The notes: generated by a model not told the origin, from the sequence alone. A DNA stretch of 57,494 nucleotides from Chthoniobacteraceae bacterium (GCA_031409335.1 JANNWY010000299.1:1-57494), one strand, 5' to 3'. Shown: positions 19,061 through 29,378, counted from the stretch's first letter. Program-made: numbers and translations.

Positions 19061-20536
19061 TCAATTCAAACGCTGAAGCATCGGGATGCGGTAGCTTTGC
19101 TTGAGCATCGGGCCGAGCGCTTCGGCGGCGGCGGCGTCGAGCCAGATCGCGCCGGGGTCGCCGTCGAACTCGATTTTATGCAGGCCCTTGTCCGCTTTCG
19201 CGATGGCACCGGGCAGATCGGCGAGACCTTTCAGCGGAACACCATTTATGCTCGTGACGACGAGGCCGCGCAATTGCTCGTAGCCGATCGTCGCATCGCT
19301 CGGGAGGACACGGCTGAGGATTACGATTTTGCGTGAGCCGTCGGGGTAAATGTCACTTTGGTAGCGATCGAGGTAGATCAAGTCGTCGGGCGCCCGCTTC
19401 TGCCAGTCGGTGCCGAAATCCTTCAGATACTGCCGGCTGAGTTCCTGCATCACGAGACCGCCGAGAATGAAAAACTTCGGCGCGCGATCGATGACGAACG
19501 GGTCGCTCACGAAGTCCTCGGGTCCGCGGTGATCGAGGACGATGCTGAGTTCCTTTTTTTCGCCCTTGCGGACCACGGTGATTGCCACCTTTTCACCGAC
19601 AAAATGTTTCGTCGAGAGGTGATGGCTGATCGCTAGTTTTCCGTAGTCTGGATCCTCGTAGTTGCCATCCTGATCCACATCCTCGCCCGCGGCGTGGAGC
19701 ATCGTGTCGCCTTCCTGTAGTCCGCTCTTTGCGGCGGGGCTGTCCTTCAGCACTTGCGTGACATAGACGCCGCCGGGCGTCCCGGCATCGAGCCCGAGGT
19801 AGCGGCGAAACATCGGGTCGCGCGTGCTGGCAAAGCCCATGCCCGCGCGGGGAAAGCCGTCGTATTTACCATCGGCGGCGTCCTTCAAAAAATGCTCAAT
19901 GACGGGCGTCGGGACGAGTTCGGTGTTCTTCGAGTTGTTGTCGAAGCGCATCAGGATGCCGACCAGTTTTCCGTCACGCGCGACCGGCATCGTGAAGCTG
20001 CTGTCGCGGAATTGCAGGTTTGCCGTGACGCGATAAACCAGCAGCGGCGTGTCCGAGATCGGATAGCGGGATGCCTCGATGGAAGTGAGTGTGCCCGGCG
20101 TGACGAGCAGGGTTCCAGTCGCTTCGAGCTGCCAGATGGCGAGGTTATCGCCGATCCGCGCCGCGGAGATTTCGAGCGGCGCATACGATTTGAGAAACTC
20201 GGCGTCGTCTGTCTTGAGTAACGCGAGATTTGCCTCGTAGTCCACGACGTCGATCGTCGCGGGCACCTTCACTCCGCCCTCGGGGGATTCGAGTTCCAGA
20301 AACGTCGCATTGGAAACCATTTCGGCGGTCACCAGGATTTTGCCACCCGGCAGCACCGCGCCGATTGCACGTCGCGAATAGGGTGGCCGTTTTCCCCACG
20401 GGCGCAGGAAATCCCACGGCTGATTCGTCACGTTCACGCGGACGACGGAGAGCCTCTTCGCAGGCTTGGGATCCGCCGCAAGCGCCGGGGCAATGACGGA
20501 AACGACGAGGAAGAAGGAGAGAAAAACGCGGAGCAT
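19061..20536 (-). CDS. Secreted HtrA/Deg2-like trypsin-fold plus PDZ protein, catalytic triad degenerate
   Basis: Signal peptide 'MLRVFLSFFLVVSVIAPALA'; 'PWDFLRPW', 'VPTPVIEHFL.D..DG.YDGFP', PDZ 'GVYVTQVLKDSPAAKSGL.EGD', second PDZ 'P.FFILGGLV.QELS..YL'. Start reassigned to ATG 20536. Confidence 0.8.
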   Translation of the reverse strand: MLRVFLSFFLVVSVIAPALAADPKPAKRLSVVRVNVTNQPWDFLRPWGKRPPYSRRAIGAVLPGGKILVTAEMVSNATFLELESPEGGVKVPATIDVVDYEANLALLKTDDAEFLKSYAPLEISAARIGDNLAIWQLEATGTLLVTPGTLTSIEASRYPISDTPLLVYRVTANLQFRDSSFTMPVARDGKLVGILMRFDNNSKNTELVPTPVIEHFLKDAADGKYDGFPRAGMGFASTRDPMFRRYLGLDAGTPGGVYVTQVLKDSPAAKSGLQEGDTMLHAAGEDVDQDGNYEDPDYGKLAISHHLSTKHFVGEKVAITVVRKGEKKELSIVLDHRGPEDFVSDPFVIDRAPKFFILGGLVMQELSRQYLKDFGTDWQKRAPDDLIYLDRYQSDIYPDGSRKIVILSRVLPSDATIGYEQLRGLVVTSINGVPLKGLADLPGAIAKADKGLHKIEFDGDPGAIWLDAAAAEALGPMLKQSYRIPMLQRLN

Positions 20537-20891
20537 AAAAATGGAATGGCGGACAGTAGCGGCGCTTTTTCGCGTGGCGAGCACGAAGCGCGCGGAACTG
20601 AAAGCTGGGGTGTGATTGAGAATAGCAATCAATGTGAGCGGACTTCCGCTGGCGGATAATTGGTGAAGGGGCAGGACATCATCACCAAGGGTACAAACAA
20701 TCCGGCAGTGCTGGCGGAGTGCGCCCTGAAAAGATGAGACGATGACCGGCCGGCAGCGATGCCGCCTGGCAGCGCGTCGGGGAGACATTCGATCCAGTGG
20801 GGCAATTCCATCGCGGAAACCACCAGCGCACTTTCTTTCGCCAGCGAGCGGCGCTCGTCGCGGCCCACTTCGGCGGTTGGCAAATCGGTGG

Positions 20892-23351
20892 GTGGATCGT
20901 CGGGCATATTGGCAAGGGCGCGGATCGTGGATTATCGGAATACCCATCGAATCGCTCCTGCATAATTTAGTCATTCCGGATCTCTGGCAGCAACAGGCCG
21001 TGCGCGCTTTGCGGGAGGGGCGCGATGTCGTGGTCCATGCGCCGACGGGTGCGGGGAAAACTTACATCGCCGAACTGGTGATGCAGGAGTTGCGGGGGCA
21101 GACCGTCTTTACCGTGCCGACGCGCGCGCTCGCGAATGACAAACTGGCGGAGTGGCGCGCGCGCGGCTGGGAGGTCGGCATCGCGACGGGCGATCTCGCG
21201 GAGCGGCTGGATGCGCCGGTGATCGTGGCGACTTTGGAAACGCAGAAGCCGAAGCTGCTGCGGGGCGAAGGTCCGCGGCTGCTCGTGGTCGATGAATATC
21301 AAATGATCGCCGACTCGGTGCGCGGGACGAATTACGAACTCGCGCTCGCGCTCGCGCCCGCGGAAACGCAACTGCTGCTGCTCAGCGGCAGTGTCGCAAA
21401 TCCGCGGGATGTCGTGGAATGGCTGCGGCGCATTGGGCGCGATGCGGTGCTGATTTCGCACGATGAGCGGCCGGTGCCGCTGGAGGAGGTGGATCTTGAA
21501 AATCTATCGAATCGCGGTGGAGCGACGCGCGCGCAGGGCTGGTGGGCGCGGCTGGTGGTGAATGCGCTGCACGCGCAGCTCAGCCCGGTGCTGATGTTCG
21601 CGCCGCGGAGGAAAGCGGCGGAAGAGTTTGCGCGGGAAATCGCGACGGCGCTGCCGAGCGATGGTCCGCTCGTGCTGACGCGCGAGCAGGAGCAGCTCGC
21701 GGGGCCGGCGCTGGCGCGGCTGCTGCGATTGCGCGCGGCTTTTCACCACAGCGGTCTGAGCTATGCGCAGCGGGCGGGGCTGATCGAGCCACTTGCAAAA
21801 AATGGTCAGCTTCGCGTTGTCGTGGCGACGATGGGGCTCGCGGCGGGGATCAATTTTTCCATGCGATCCGTGCTCATCGCGGGGACGAGTTACATGGTGG
21901 GAAATTTTGAACATCAGGTGCAGCCGGATGAGTTGCTGCAAATGTTTGGACGCGCGGGGCGGCGCGGTTTGGATGAAGTGGGCTACGCGCTCGTGACGGA
22001 TAAAACGCCGCGCCTGCACGACGGTCGCGCGCGGCATCTGCGCCGCAGCACGAAGCTGGACTGGCCGATTTCGATCGCGGTGATGCGCGCAGCGGCGGAA
22101 CGCGGCGAGCCGCCATTTGCGGCGGCGATCGCGCTCAATCGGCGGCTTTTTTCCGCGCAGGAAATCCCGCTCGGGATCGAGCACTCGCTGCACACCGGGC
22201 CGATGCCGTGCGGGCTTTCCATCGACATGGAACGCGCGCGATTTTTCCGGCGCGGCATCATCGAGATGTTGAATTCGCGCGGCGAATGGGAGCCAAAGCC
22301 GGACGCAGTCGCGAGCCGCGCGCTGGGCGATTGTCTGATCCGGCAGGACGAGCGCTGGCAGCCCGCGCTGTCGATTTCAAAGACGCTGCATAGCATCGGC
22401 AGCGGCAGTCTTTGCAAGATCGCAGCGGGGCGTGAGCGGGAGTATGGCCGCGAGCTGGTGCTCGGCACGCGGCGCGGCGAAGACCTGCTCACCCTCACGC
22501 CGCAACTCCGCCGGACCTTCAAGAAGCCGGGCGTCAACGCGGCGGAATTCCACAGCGACGTGCTGCCGCGGCTGCCGGAAATCACGGGCGGGCAGTTGGT
22601 GGATTTGGAAATGCGCGGCCCTCAGCTCATCGCGCGCGTGCATTTCAAAACCCATCCCGTGAATGCGTGGGTCGATGCGGCTGGCGCGGCGCTGATCGAT
22701 CCGCCCGAGCGCCGCGATATTCCGAAGCCGTGCCGCGATTGCGTGGAAAATCCGTGGTGCGGCACCGTCGCGATCGTCGGCACCGCGGCGTTCGATTGGA
22801 GAAGACTCGGGCTCATTTCCGAAAACGGTTTGCCCACCCGCCGTGGAATCCTCTTCAGCTTTTTCCAGCATGGCGAAGGACTCGCCATCGCCGCGGCTCT
22901 CGAGGATGAACGTTATCCGATTCACGACCTGGTTTTCGACCTCGCGAATTTGCGCGCGGGTCCGCGTTTCGCGGAAGATGACTCGCGATATGGCGGACAT
23001 CTCGGCGCGCTTTGTCAGCGCGCGTTCGAGCGGGCCGACCTGCCGGGATATTTGGAAATGGGCGTGCCACCGGAGTATGGCGCGGGTGCCGCGGAGGTCG
23101 TGCGGGCGATCATCGAGCATGGCACGCCGCGTCACAAGTTGCTCACCGACTCGCTTCGCAGCGGCGACATCGAGCGCGGTGTCATCGAATGGCGCAGCCT
23201 GTTGCGGCACATCGCTAGCGCGCCGGATTACGATTGGGATCGCTGGCGGGAATTGAAAGCAAGCGCGGCGCGTTTCATCGACGCCACCAGCTCGCCGACG
23301 CTCGGCAGCCTGCCGCCCTTGACGGCGTCGCAGCAACGGCGCGACCGCTAG
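20892..23351 (+). CDS. Ski2-like SF2 helicase (start uncertain, between 20742 and about 20940)
   Basis: Motif I 'APTGAGKT', Ia 'PTRALAN', II 'DEYQ', III 'SGS', 'FHHSGL', 'TMGLAAGINF', VI 'QMFGRAGRRG'. Confidence 0.88.
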   Translation: MDRRAYWQGRGSWIIGIPIESLLHNLVIPDLWQQQAVRALREGRDVVVHAPTGAGKTYIAELVMQELRGQTVFTVPTRALANDKLAEWRARGWEVGIATGDLAERLDAPVIVATLETQKPKLLRGEGPRLLVVDEYQMIADSVRGTNYELALALAPAETQLLLLSGSVANPRDVVEWLRRIGRDAVLISHDERPVPLEEVDLENLSNRGGATRAQGWWARLVVNALHAQLSPVLMFAPRRKAAEEFAREIATALPSDGPLVLTREQEQLAGPALARLLRLRAAFHHSGLSYAQRAGLIEPLAKNGQLRVVVATMGLAAGINFSMRSVLIAGTSYMVGNFEHQVQPDELLQMFGRAGRRGLDEVGYALVTDKTPRLHDGRARHLRRSTKLDWPISIAVMRAAAERGEPPFAAAIALNRRLFSAQEIPLGIEHSLHTGPMPCGLSIDMERARFFRRGIIEMLNSRGEWEPKPDAVASRALGDCLIRQDERWQPALSISKTLHSIGSGSLCKIAAGREREYGRELVLGTRRGEDLLTLTPQLRRTFKKPGVNAAEFHSDVLPRLPEITGGQLVDLEMRGPQLIARVHFKTHPVNAWVDAAGAALIDPPERRDIPKPCRDCVENPWCGTVAIVGTAAFDWRRLGLISENGLPTRRGILFSFFQHGEGLAIAAALEDERYPIHDLVFDLANLRAGPRFAEDDSRYGGHLGALCQRAFERADLPGYLEMGVPPEYGAGAAEVVRAIIEHGTPRHKLLTDSLRSGDIERGVIEWRSLLRHIASAPDYDWDRWRELKASAARFIDATSSPTLGSLPPLTASQQRRDR

Positions 23352-23884
23352 GTTTTCGCGGCACGCCGCTCCCGATAGGCGCGGCTGAGGGCGACGTATT
23401 TTTCCGCCCACACTTTGATGCCCGCCTGCTCGTCGAGCGTCAACGTGCGGATCGCTTTTGCCGGTGAGCCGATGATTAGCGAGCCTTCGGGAAATTTCCT
23501 GCCGCCGGTGACCAGCGCGCCCGCGCCGACGATCGACCGCGGCCCGATCTCCGCGCCATCGAGCACGATCGCGCCCATTCCGACGAGCACCTCATCGCCA
23601 ATCGTGCAGGCATGCAGGATTGCTTTGTGGCCGACCGTCACCAATTCGCCGACAAAGGTTCCGAAATCATCCGCGAGATGAATCACAGCGCCATCCTGCA
23701 CATTGGAGCGCGGGCCGATGACGATGCGATTGATGTCGGCGCGGAGGACCGCTTGAAACCAGACGCTGGCTTCCGCCGCGAGGGTGACATCGCCGATGAT
23801 GGACGCACTCGGCGCGACAAATGCCGTGGCGTCAATGGTGGGAGCGGCGTCGAGAAACTGCGAGAGGCGTTCCTTAAAAGTCAT
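23348..23884 (-). CDS. Gamma carbonic anhydrase family protein (hexapeptide repeats)
   Basis: 'IIGDV', 'SNVQDGAVIH', 'VTVGH.AILHAC.IGD..LVGMGA.VLDGA'. Confidence 0.93.
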   Translation of the reverse strand: MTFKERLSQFLDAAPTIDATAFVAPSASIIGDVTLAAEASVWFQAVLRADINRIVIGPRSNVQDGAVIHLADDFGTFVGELVTVGHKAILHACTIGDEVLVGMGAIVLDGAEIGPRSIVGAGALVTGGRKFPEGSLIIGSPAKAIRTLTLDEQAGIKVWAEKYVALSRAYRERRAAKT

Positions 23885-23979
23885 AATATCTGGATTTCAC
23901 GATGCTGGTGATTGGCGCTGCGGCGAGTTTGATTTTGAGACTGAATGAAAATTGCCGGAGGAATTCGAAAGTGAAATGT

Positions 23980-24008
23980 TTGACATAACATTATCACGAT
24001 GCCAAAAC
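23980..24008 (+). promoter_or_regulatory. Putative sigma70 promoter of hup
   Basis: TTGACA (23980-23985), 17-nt spacer, then TG-n-CAAAAC (weak extended -10), in an AT-rich intergenic region. Confidence 0.45.
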
Positions 24009-24081
24009 GCGGGCACTCGTTTGGTGGTGTTCCCCCGGCGGGTGAGAAACGCAGTGAAAAAATTAGGTAAAAATTAACCGC

Positions 24082-24360
24082 ATGAATAAAGCAGAGCTCG
24101 TATTGTCAGTGCAGAAATTACTCGGCAAAGAGGCCAGCAAAGCCCAGGCAGAGCGCGCAGTCGAAGCAGTGATCGAGGGGATCAAGTCGGGCCTGAAAAA
24201 AGGCAAACCCGTCCAGCTCGTTGGCTTCGGAACGTTTAAGATCGCCCACCGGAAGGCACGTCTCGGCGTGAATCCCAAGACTGGCGAGAAGATCAAAATC
24301 AAGGCATCGAAAGGCGTGAAGTTTTCCGTCGGCAAGGATCTCAAATCCAAGCTGAAGTAG
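24082..24360 (+). CDS. hup: HU DNA-binding protein
   Basis: 'MNKAELV', 'VQLVGFGTF', 'RKAR.G.NPKTGE.I.I.A', 'F..GK.LK'. Confidence 0.96.
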   Translation: MNKAELVLSVQKLLGKEASKAQAERAVEAVIEGIKSGLKKGKPVQLVGFGTFKIAHRKARLGVNPKTGEKIKIKASKGVKFSVGKDLKSKLK

Positions 24361-24377
24361 AATCTTGATTGAATTCC

Positions 24378-24419
24378 AAAAGCCCGTTCCGCCTCGCGCG
24401 GAGCGGGCTTTTGTTTTTT
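24378..24419. terminator. Bidirectional intrinsic terminator
   Basis: aaaagcccgttccgc-ctcgc-gcggagcgggctttt followed by a T-run, between convergent genes. Confidence 0.85.
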
Positions 24420-24439
24420 GCGCGGGAGTCGGGCGGCGC

Positions 24440-25387
24440 TCATCGGAGGCCGAGCCACAAGGTCTGCGCGGCGAATTCCACTGGCAGATCGGGCAGCGCG
24501 ATTTCCTGGTGAAACGTGGCGGCGAGGCGCTGGGTCTTGAGGCACATCCGCGCGATCGCTTCGAGCGCCCGGCGGTTGAGGCGCGTGCAGTTGGTGGAAA
24601 GGAGGATGTGCGCTTTGGGCGCGGCGATTTCCAGCGCGCTCGAAAGCAAATCCGCAAAGTCGTTCTCGACCTGCCATTTTCGGCCCTTGTTGCCGCGCGA
24701 AAATGTCGGCGGATCGAGAATGATCGCGTCAAACTTTTCGCCGCGCCGGGCGAGCCGCGGCAGCACGTCGAGCACGTCGTCGGCGATGAACGTGTGCTTT
24801 GCCGGATCGAGCCCGTTCAGCGTGAAATTCGCGCGCCCGCGGTCGATGGATTTTTTGGAAAGATCGACGCTCGTCGTCTCCGCACCGGCCAGCGCGGCGG
24901 CGACGGAGAACGAACACGTGTAGGCAAAAGTATTCAGCAAACGCCGCACGCCCGAATGCCGGATGACGGCGCGATTCGCGCGTTGGTCGATGAACAGGCC
25001 GGCGGAATATCCCGCCGCGAAATCCAGCCCAAAGCGCATCGCGCTTTCCTCCACCACCGTCTCCATCGGCAGCGCGGCTTCGCCGGAAATCAGCGCGGGT
25101 GCGGCGCGATCCGCGTTCTGACGCGGCAGCCATTTTCCAAAAAGCCGCCGGTATTCCAGCCCATGCTCCGCGGCCCACGCGGGCAGCCGGGCGAGCACGC
25201 GATCACGGGCGGGCTCGTGTTTGTAGGAAAGCAGCAGATCGGGTCCGAAACGCTCCAGCCAGGCGTCCGCGGAAGAGCAAAGCCGGTGCGCATTCGTCGC
25301 CGATGCGTGGAAGGCGGAGAGCTGATCGCGGCCAATCCAGCATTCATCTGAGTTGCGGGGCGATTCGCGGGAAAATGGACGCTTCAC
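24440..25387 (-). CDS. RlmI/RlmK-like class I SAM-dependent RNA methyltransferase (start uncertain)
   Basis: 'GLFIDQRANR', 'LLNTFAYTCSFSV', 'SVDLS', 'FDAIILDPPTFS'. Only the last ~315 codons of the 1310-aa ORF look like a real gene; the in-frame GTG at 25387 was chosen as start. Confidence 0.85.
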   Translation of the reverse strand: MKRPFSRESPRNSDECWIGRDQLSAFHASATNAHRLCSSADAWLERFGPDLLLSYKHEPARDRVLARLPAWAAEHGLEYRRLFGKWLPRQNADRAAPALISGEAALPMETVVEESAMRFGLDFAAGYSAGLFIDQRANRAVIRHSGVRRLLNTFAYTCSFSVAAALAGAETTSVDLSKKSIDRGRANFTLNGLDPAKHTFIADDVLDVLPRLARRGEKFDAIILDPPTFSRGNKGRKWQVENDFADLLSSALEIAAPKAHILLSTNCTRLNRRALEAIARMCLKTQRLAATFHQEIALPDLPVEFAAQTLWLGLR

Positions 25388-25459
25388 TGCCGGGCATGAG
25401 AACTGATTGCATCTAAAAATCAATTCCTGTAGCTTCGGCCACTTTTTTACGTCCCACTT

Positions 25460-27937
25460 ATGCGCTTTGCCTTTCGTCAAATTCTTTTCGCGTGCCTTGG
25501 CTTGGCTTTCGCCGCCGCCCAAGGGGAGAGCACGGCTGCTTCCGATATCTTTTTGAATGCCTATCTCGAGTGCGGGAAAGCCGAGAAACTCGAGGCGGCC
25601 GGCGATGCGGTGGCCGCGGTCGATGCTTACAAACGGGCGCTCGTGCAGCTCGATCAAGTGACCCGCGAGGACGCCACGTGGCAGGCGACCATGGTGAAAC
25701 GCCGCCGCGAACAGACTTCGGCTGCGATCGCCCGTCTCGAAAAAGGCGTCGGCAAGCCGGCTGGAGCAGCGCCGAAGATGGCGAACGAGCAGGACAATAT
25801 CATCGGCGATCTGCCGAAGAATGAAGCGATCATTCCGGGGACGGAGGGATTCGTTCCAAAAGGTGAGCCGGTGCGCAAAGGGCCGGTGGCGGCGGCGGGG
25901 CCGCCGAGTGGCGACCGGGCGCTCGAAAGTGCCGGGGCTTACATGAAAAAAATCGAGATCGACCTTGCCAATACCAAGGAAAATCTGGGGCAGACGATTC
26001 GCGAGAGGGACGAAGTGGCGAGAAAGTATGACAAGGCGCTGAAGGATGCCACGGAGTCCGCCACGAAACAGATGAAGCTCGAAAAGCGCGCGAAACTTGC
26101 CGAGGACGAATTGCTGAAGCTCGAACAGGAAGGCGGCCAGGACTCGGTGGCGATGGACCGCGCGCGCAGTGAGATTGAGCAATTGCGCAAACAATTGAAG
26201 ACCGCAAAAAACGAGCGCGAGGCGGAGCGGGAGATCCGCGAGCAACTCATGCAAAGTATCGGCAGCGTGAGAAACCGTGTCGCAGGCGCGATCGAGGAAC
26301 GGGACGCCGCGAAGCGCGAGAACCGGGAATTTCCCGCGAAGATCGCAGCCATGCAAAAGGAGATCGACAAGGTGCTCGGAGAAAAAACCGGCGTGGAGAC
26401 CAAGTTGACGAAAGTCCAGGAGACGCTGGCGAAAGTAACGACGGAGCGCGACGAAGCGATGACGCAACTCACCAAGATGAAGGAGGCATCGAAGAATGTG
26501 GACAAGCTGATGACGGAAAACACGATGCTGATGGCGAAGCTCACCGAAGCGGAGAGCTCGATCAAATCCTTCAAGGCGCAGGGTGAGGAAAAGGACAAGC
26601 AGATCGCCGCGATGCGGACCGAGATGGGGAGCGTGAAGCAGCAGCTCGACGACGCGAAAAAGCAGAGCGCGAAATACCAGGCGGACATGACTTCCCTGCA
26701 AGGGCGGCTCGATGTGCAGGCCAAGGAACTGACGCAACTCAAGAGCGACGCCAAGCTGAGCGACACCGAACGCAAGCGGCTCGCCGAAGAAAACGAAACC
26801 CTGCGCGGCATCGTGGTCCGCCAGATGAAGCAGAACGCCGTGCGTGAGAAGACCAAACAACTCGTGCTCACCGAACTCGCCAAGCTCGACGTCAGCTCGA
26901 AGGCGCTGTTCGATCAGATTGAATTTCTTGGCCAGCCGGTCGTAAAACTGACCGAGAAGGAGAAGAAGCTTTTCAAACAGCCCACGATCGAAATCAGCGA
27001 CGCGGAAATCGCCATCGCCGCGCCAAAGGAAGGCATCGCATCGCAGCCACCGCTCCCCGTCGAAGCCGTGATGCCCGCGTCGGCGACCGGCGAAAACCCT
27101 CTGCCGGCCAGTTCGAACACTGCCAGTGGCGATGATCCCACGTCCGCGAAACCACCGGTCAGCCTTCCCAAAGTCCCCGATACGGCGGTGCCGCCCGAGG
27201 CAGGTCCCAAGATGGAAAAAGCAGCCGACGCCACCGCATCCGGCGAAAAGGCCACCGCGCCCGCCGCGAACATTCCCGGCGTCCCGACCAGCAGTTCGCC
27301 GACGAAAGCGCCCGCAAAAAATGCCACCGCCGGGACGACTGCGGACAACATGTCCGCCCCGGACACCGGTTCGCCCGCTGTCCCGCCGGAGCTTCTCCCG
27401 CAGGCGCGCGAGGCGAAGGATCAATTCGACAAGGGCAACTATCGCGACGCCGAAAAAATCTACGAGCGCATCCTGCAAAAGGCCCCGAACAATCTGTACA
27501 TTCTGTCCAATCTTGGCGTCGTTCGTTTCCGCGCGCAGAAGTTCAAGCTCGCCGAAGAAGCATTCAAGAAAGCGATCGCGATCGCGCCCGAAGATGCCTT
27601 CTCGCGCTGCACGCTCGGCATCGTTTATTACAGCTCGGCGAAGTACGACGACGCGGTGACGGAATTGACGAGGGCGCTCGCCATCAATCCGAAGAACGCG
27701 ACCGCCCACAATTATCTCGGGATCACCGCAAGCCAGAAGGGCTGGCAGGAGGCCGCGCAAAAGGAACTCGAAACCGCCGTCGCGATCGACCCGCAATACG
27801 CCGATGCGCATTTCAATCTCGCCGTCGTCTTCGCGACGCAACAACCGGCCAACAAGGAAATGGCCCGCAAACACTATCAGCTCGCCGTTTCGCTCGGTGC
27901 CGAGGCCGATCCCGCGCTGGATCAATTGATCAAATAG
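25460..27937 (+). CDS. Secreted TPR plus long coiled-coil protein
   Basis: Signal peptide, N-terminal helical repeat, about 300-aa E/K/Q/A heptad region, Pro/Ala/Thr-rich linker, C-terminal TPRs ('AHNYLGI', 'YADAHFNLAV'). Confidence 0.85.
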   Translation: MRFAFRQILFACLGLAFAAAQGESTAASDIFLNAYLECGKAEKLEAAGDAVAAVDAYKRALVQLDQVTREDATWQATMVKRRREQTSAAIARLEKGVGKPAGAAPKMANEQDNIIGDLPKNEAIIPGTEGFVPKGEPVRKGPVAAAGPPSGDRALESAGAYMKKIEIDLANTKENLGQTIRERDEVARKYDKALKDATESATKQMKLEKRAKLAEDELLKLEQEGGQDSVAMDRARSEIEQLRKQLKTAKNEREAEREIREQLMQSIGSVRNRVAGAIEERDAAKRENREFPAKIAAMQKEIDKVLGEKTGVETKLTKVQETLAKVTTERDEAMTQLTKMKEASKNVDKLMTENTMLMAKLTEAESSIKSFKAQGEEKDKQIAAMRTEMGSVKQQLDDAKKQSAKYQADMTSLQGRLDVQAKELTQLKSDAKLSDTERKRLAEENETLRGIVVRQMKQNAVREKTKQLVLTELAKLDVSSKALFDQIEFLGQPVVKLTEKEKKLFKQPTIEISDAEIAIAAPKEGIASQPPLPVEAVMPASATGENPLPASSNTASGDDPTSAKPPVSLPKVPDTAVPPEAGPKMEKAADATASGEKATAPAANIPGVPTSSSPTKAPAKNATAGTTADNMSAPDTGSPAVPPELLPQAREAKDQFDKGNYRDAEKIYERILQKAPNNLYILSNLGVVRFRAQKFKLAEEAFKKAIAIAPEDAFSRCTLGIVYYSSAKYDDAVTELTRALAINPKNATAHNYLGITASQKGWQEAAQKELETAVAIDPQYADAHFNLAVVFATQQPANKEMARKHYQLAVSLGAEADPALDQLIK

Positions 27938-28070
27938 GCAGAATCGCGGCCCGCGGGCGCGCCGCCGTATCACTCCGCCTGTTTGGAAAACCAGTGTAAC
28001 GCAGGGAGCGCGGCAAACGTCATACCAATAGTCCCTGACCGATCGCGCCTTTCCAGCCACTTCCGCCTTC

Positions 28071-29378
28071 ATGCACCAACTCAAAAAGAAGCGCCGCAGC
28101 CGGACCGGATATGTCGCCGCGCTGCTCGTGCTGGCCATCGCTGGCGGTGGTGCGTTCTTGTTTTTCCGAAAGGAGGAAATGCCGATCACCGTGCAGATCG
28201 AGAAAGTCACCCGCCGCGATCTGACGGAAACCGTCGTCGCAAACGGGCGCATCCAGCCCGTCACGCAAGTCGTCATCAGCCCCGAAGTCGCGGGCGAAAT
28301 CATCGAGCTGCCCGTCGTGGAGGGGCAGCTCGTGAAAAAGGGCGACCTGCTCGTCGCGATCAAGCCGGACAACTACAAGGCGAGCAAAAACTCCGCGGAG
28401 GCCAACTATAAATTTGCGATCGGGAGCCGAGACCAGGCGGAGGCGGAGCTGGAAAAGGCCGAGTCGGATTTCAAGCGCAACGACGAGCTTTTCAAAGCGA
28501 GGCTGATTTCCGAAAGCGTATTCGTGGAGTTCAAAAACCGCCGCGACGTGACGAAGCTGCGGCTCGAAAATTCCATTCACATGGTGGATCAGTCGCGCTT
28601 CGCCCTCGACAAGGCGATCGACGATCTCGCGAAGACGACGCTCACTTCGCCGATCGACGGCACGGTGACCAAGCTGAAGTCGCAACTCGGCGAGCGCGTG
28701 CTCGGCACGTCTTTCAACATGGGCACGGAGATGATGACGATCGCCAAACTCGACGACATGGAAGCGCGCGTGGACATCGGCGAAATCGACGTGGTGCTCA
28801 TCGCGGTCGGGCAATCCGTGAGGCTCGAAGTCGATGCGTTTAAGGATCGGAAATTCAAAGGAACCGTGACGGCCATCGCGAACGCCGCGAAAGGTCTTCC
28901 CTCGGGACTCGGCATGGGCAGCAGCAGCCAATCGACCGAAGCACCGAAGTTTGAGGTGAAGATTCGCGTGGACGACAAGGAGGTTTTCCGGCCGGGAATG
29001 TCGGTGACGGCGGAGGTGGAAACCCGTTCGCGACAAGGCGTGCTGGCAGTGCCGATTCAGAGTGTCACGACTCGCCTGCCGGCAGGCAGCGTGAAGCCCG
29101 TGATAGCGGAAGGTTCGACGCCACCGCCGCGCGACGGCAGGCCAGCGAAAGGAGTAAAACCAATCGAAATCGTCTTCGCGAAGGAAGTCGATCTAGCGAA
29201 AATGATCCCGGTGAAAACGGGCATCAGCGACAACGACTATTTCGAGATCATCTCCGGCGTGACCGAAGGCCAGGAGATCGTCGCGGGCGGATACAAGGCA
29301 ATCAGCAAGGATTTGGAGGACGGCAAAAAGATCGTCGTCGGAGTCGAGCCGCCAAAGAGCGACAAGGAACAAAAGTGA
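28071..29378 (+). CDS. MacA/HlyD-like periplasmic adaptor (membrane fusion protein)
   Basis: N-terminal TM; '[23 protein letters not shown]', 'SPIDGTV', 'FRPGMSV', 'LAVPIQSV'. Confidence 0.92.
   Translation: MHQLKKKRRSRTGYVAALLVLAIAGGGAFLFFRKEEMPITVQIEKVTRRDLTETVVANGRIQPVTQVVISPEVAGEIIELPVVEGQLVKKGDLLVAIKPDNYKASKNSAEANYKFAIGSRDQAEAELEKAESDFKRNDELFKARLISESVFVEFKNRRDVTKLRLENSIHMVDQSRFALDKAIDDLAKTTLTSPIDGTVTKLKSQLGERVLGTSFNMGTEMMTIAKLDDMEARVDIGEIDVVLIAVGQSVRLEVDAFKDRKFKGTVTAIANAAKGLPSGLGMGSSSQSTEAPKFEVKIRVDDKEVFRPGMSVTAEVETRSRQGVLAVPIQSVTTRLPAGSVKPVIAEGSTPPPRDGRPAKGVKPIEIVFAKEVDLAKMIPVKTGISDNDYFEIISGVTEGQEIVAGGYKAISKDLEDGKKIVVGVEPPKSDKEQK

Noticed and set aside
20629..20907. 92-aa minus-strand ORF between the PDZ protein and the helicase
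   Set aside because: No motif or family recognised; it could be promoter DNA or a remnant, and I cannot support a call.
25388..28372. 1310-aa minus-strand ORF as a giant methyltransferase fusion
   Set aside because: The upstream ~990 codons are the antisense shadow of the TPR/coiled-coil and macA genes and cross two intergenic gaps; only the last ~315 aa carry real motifs.
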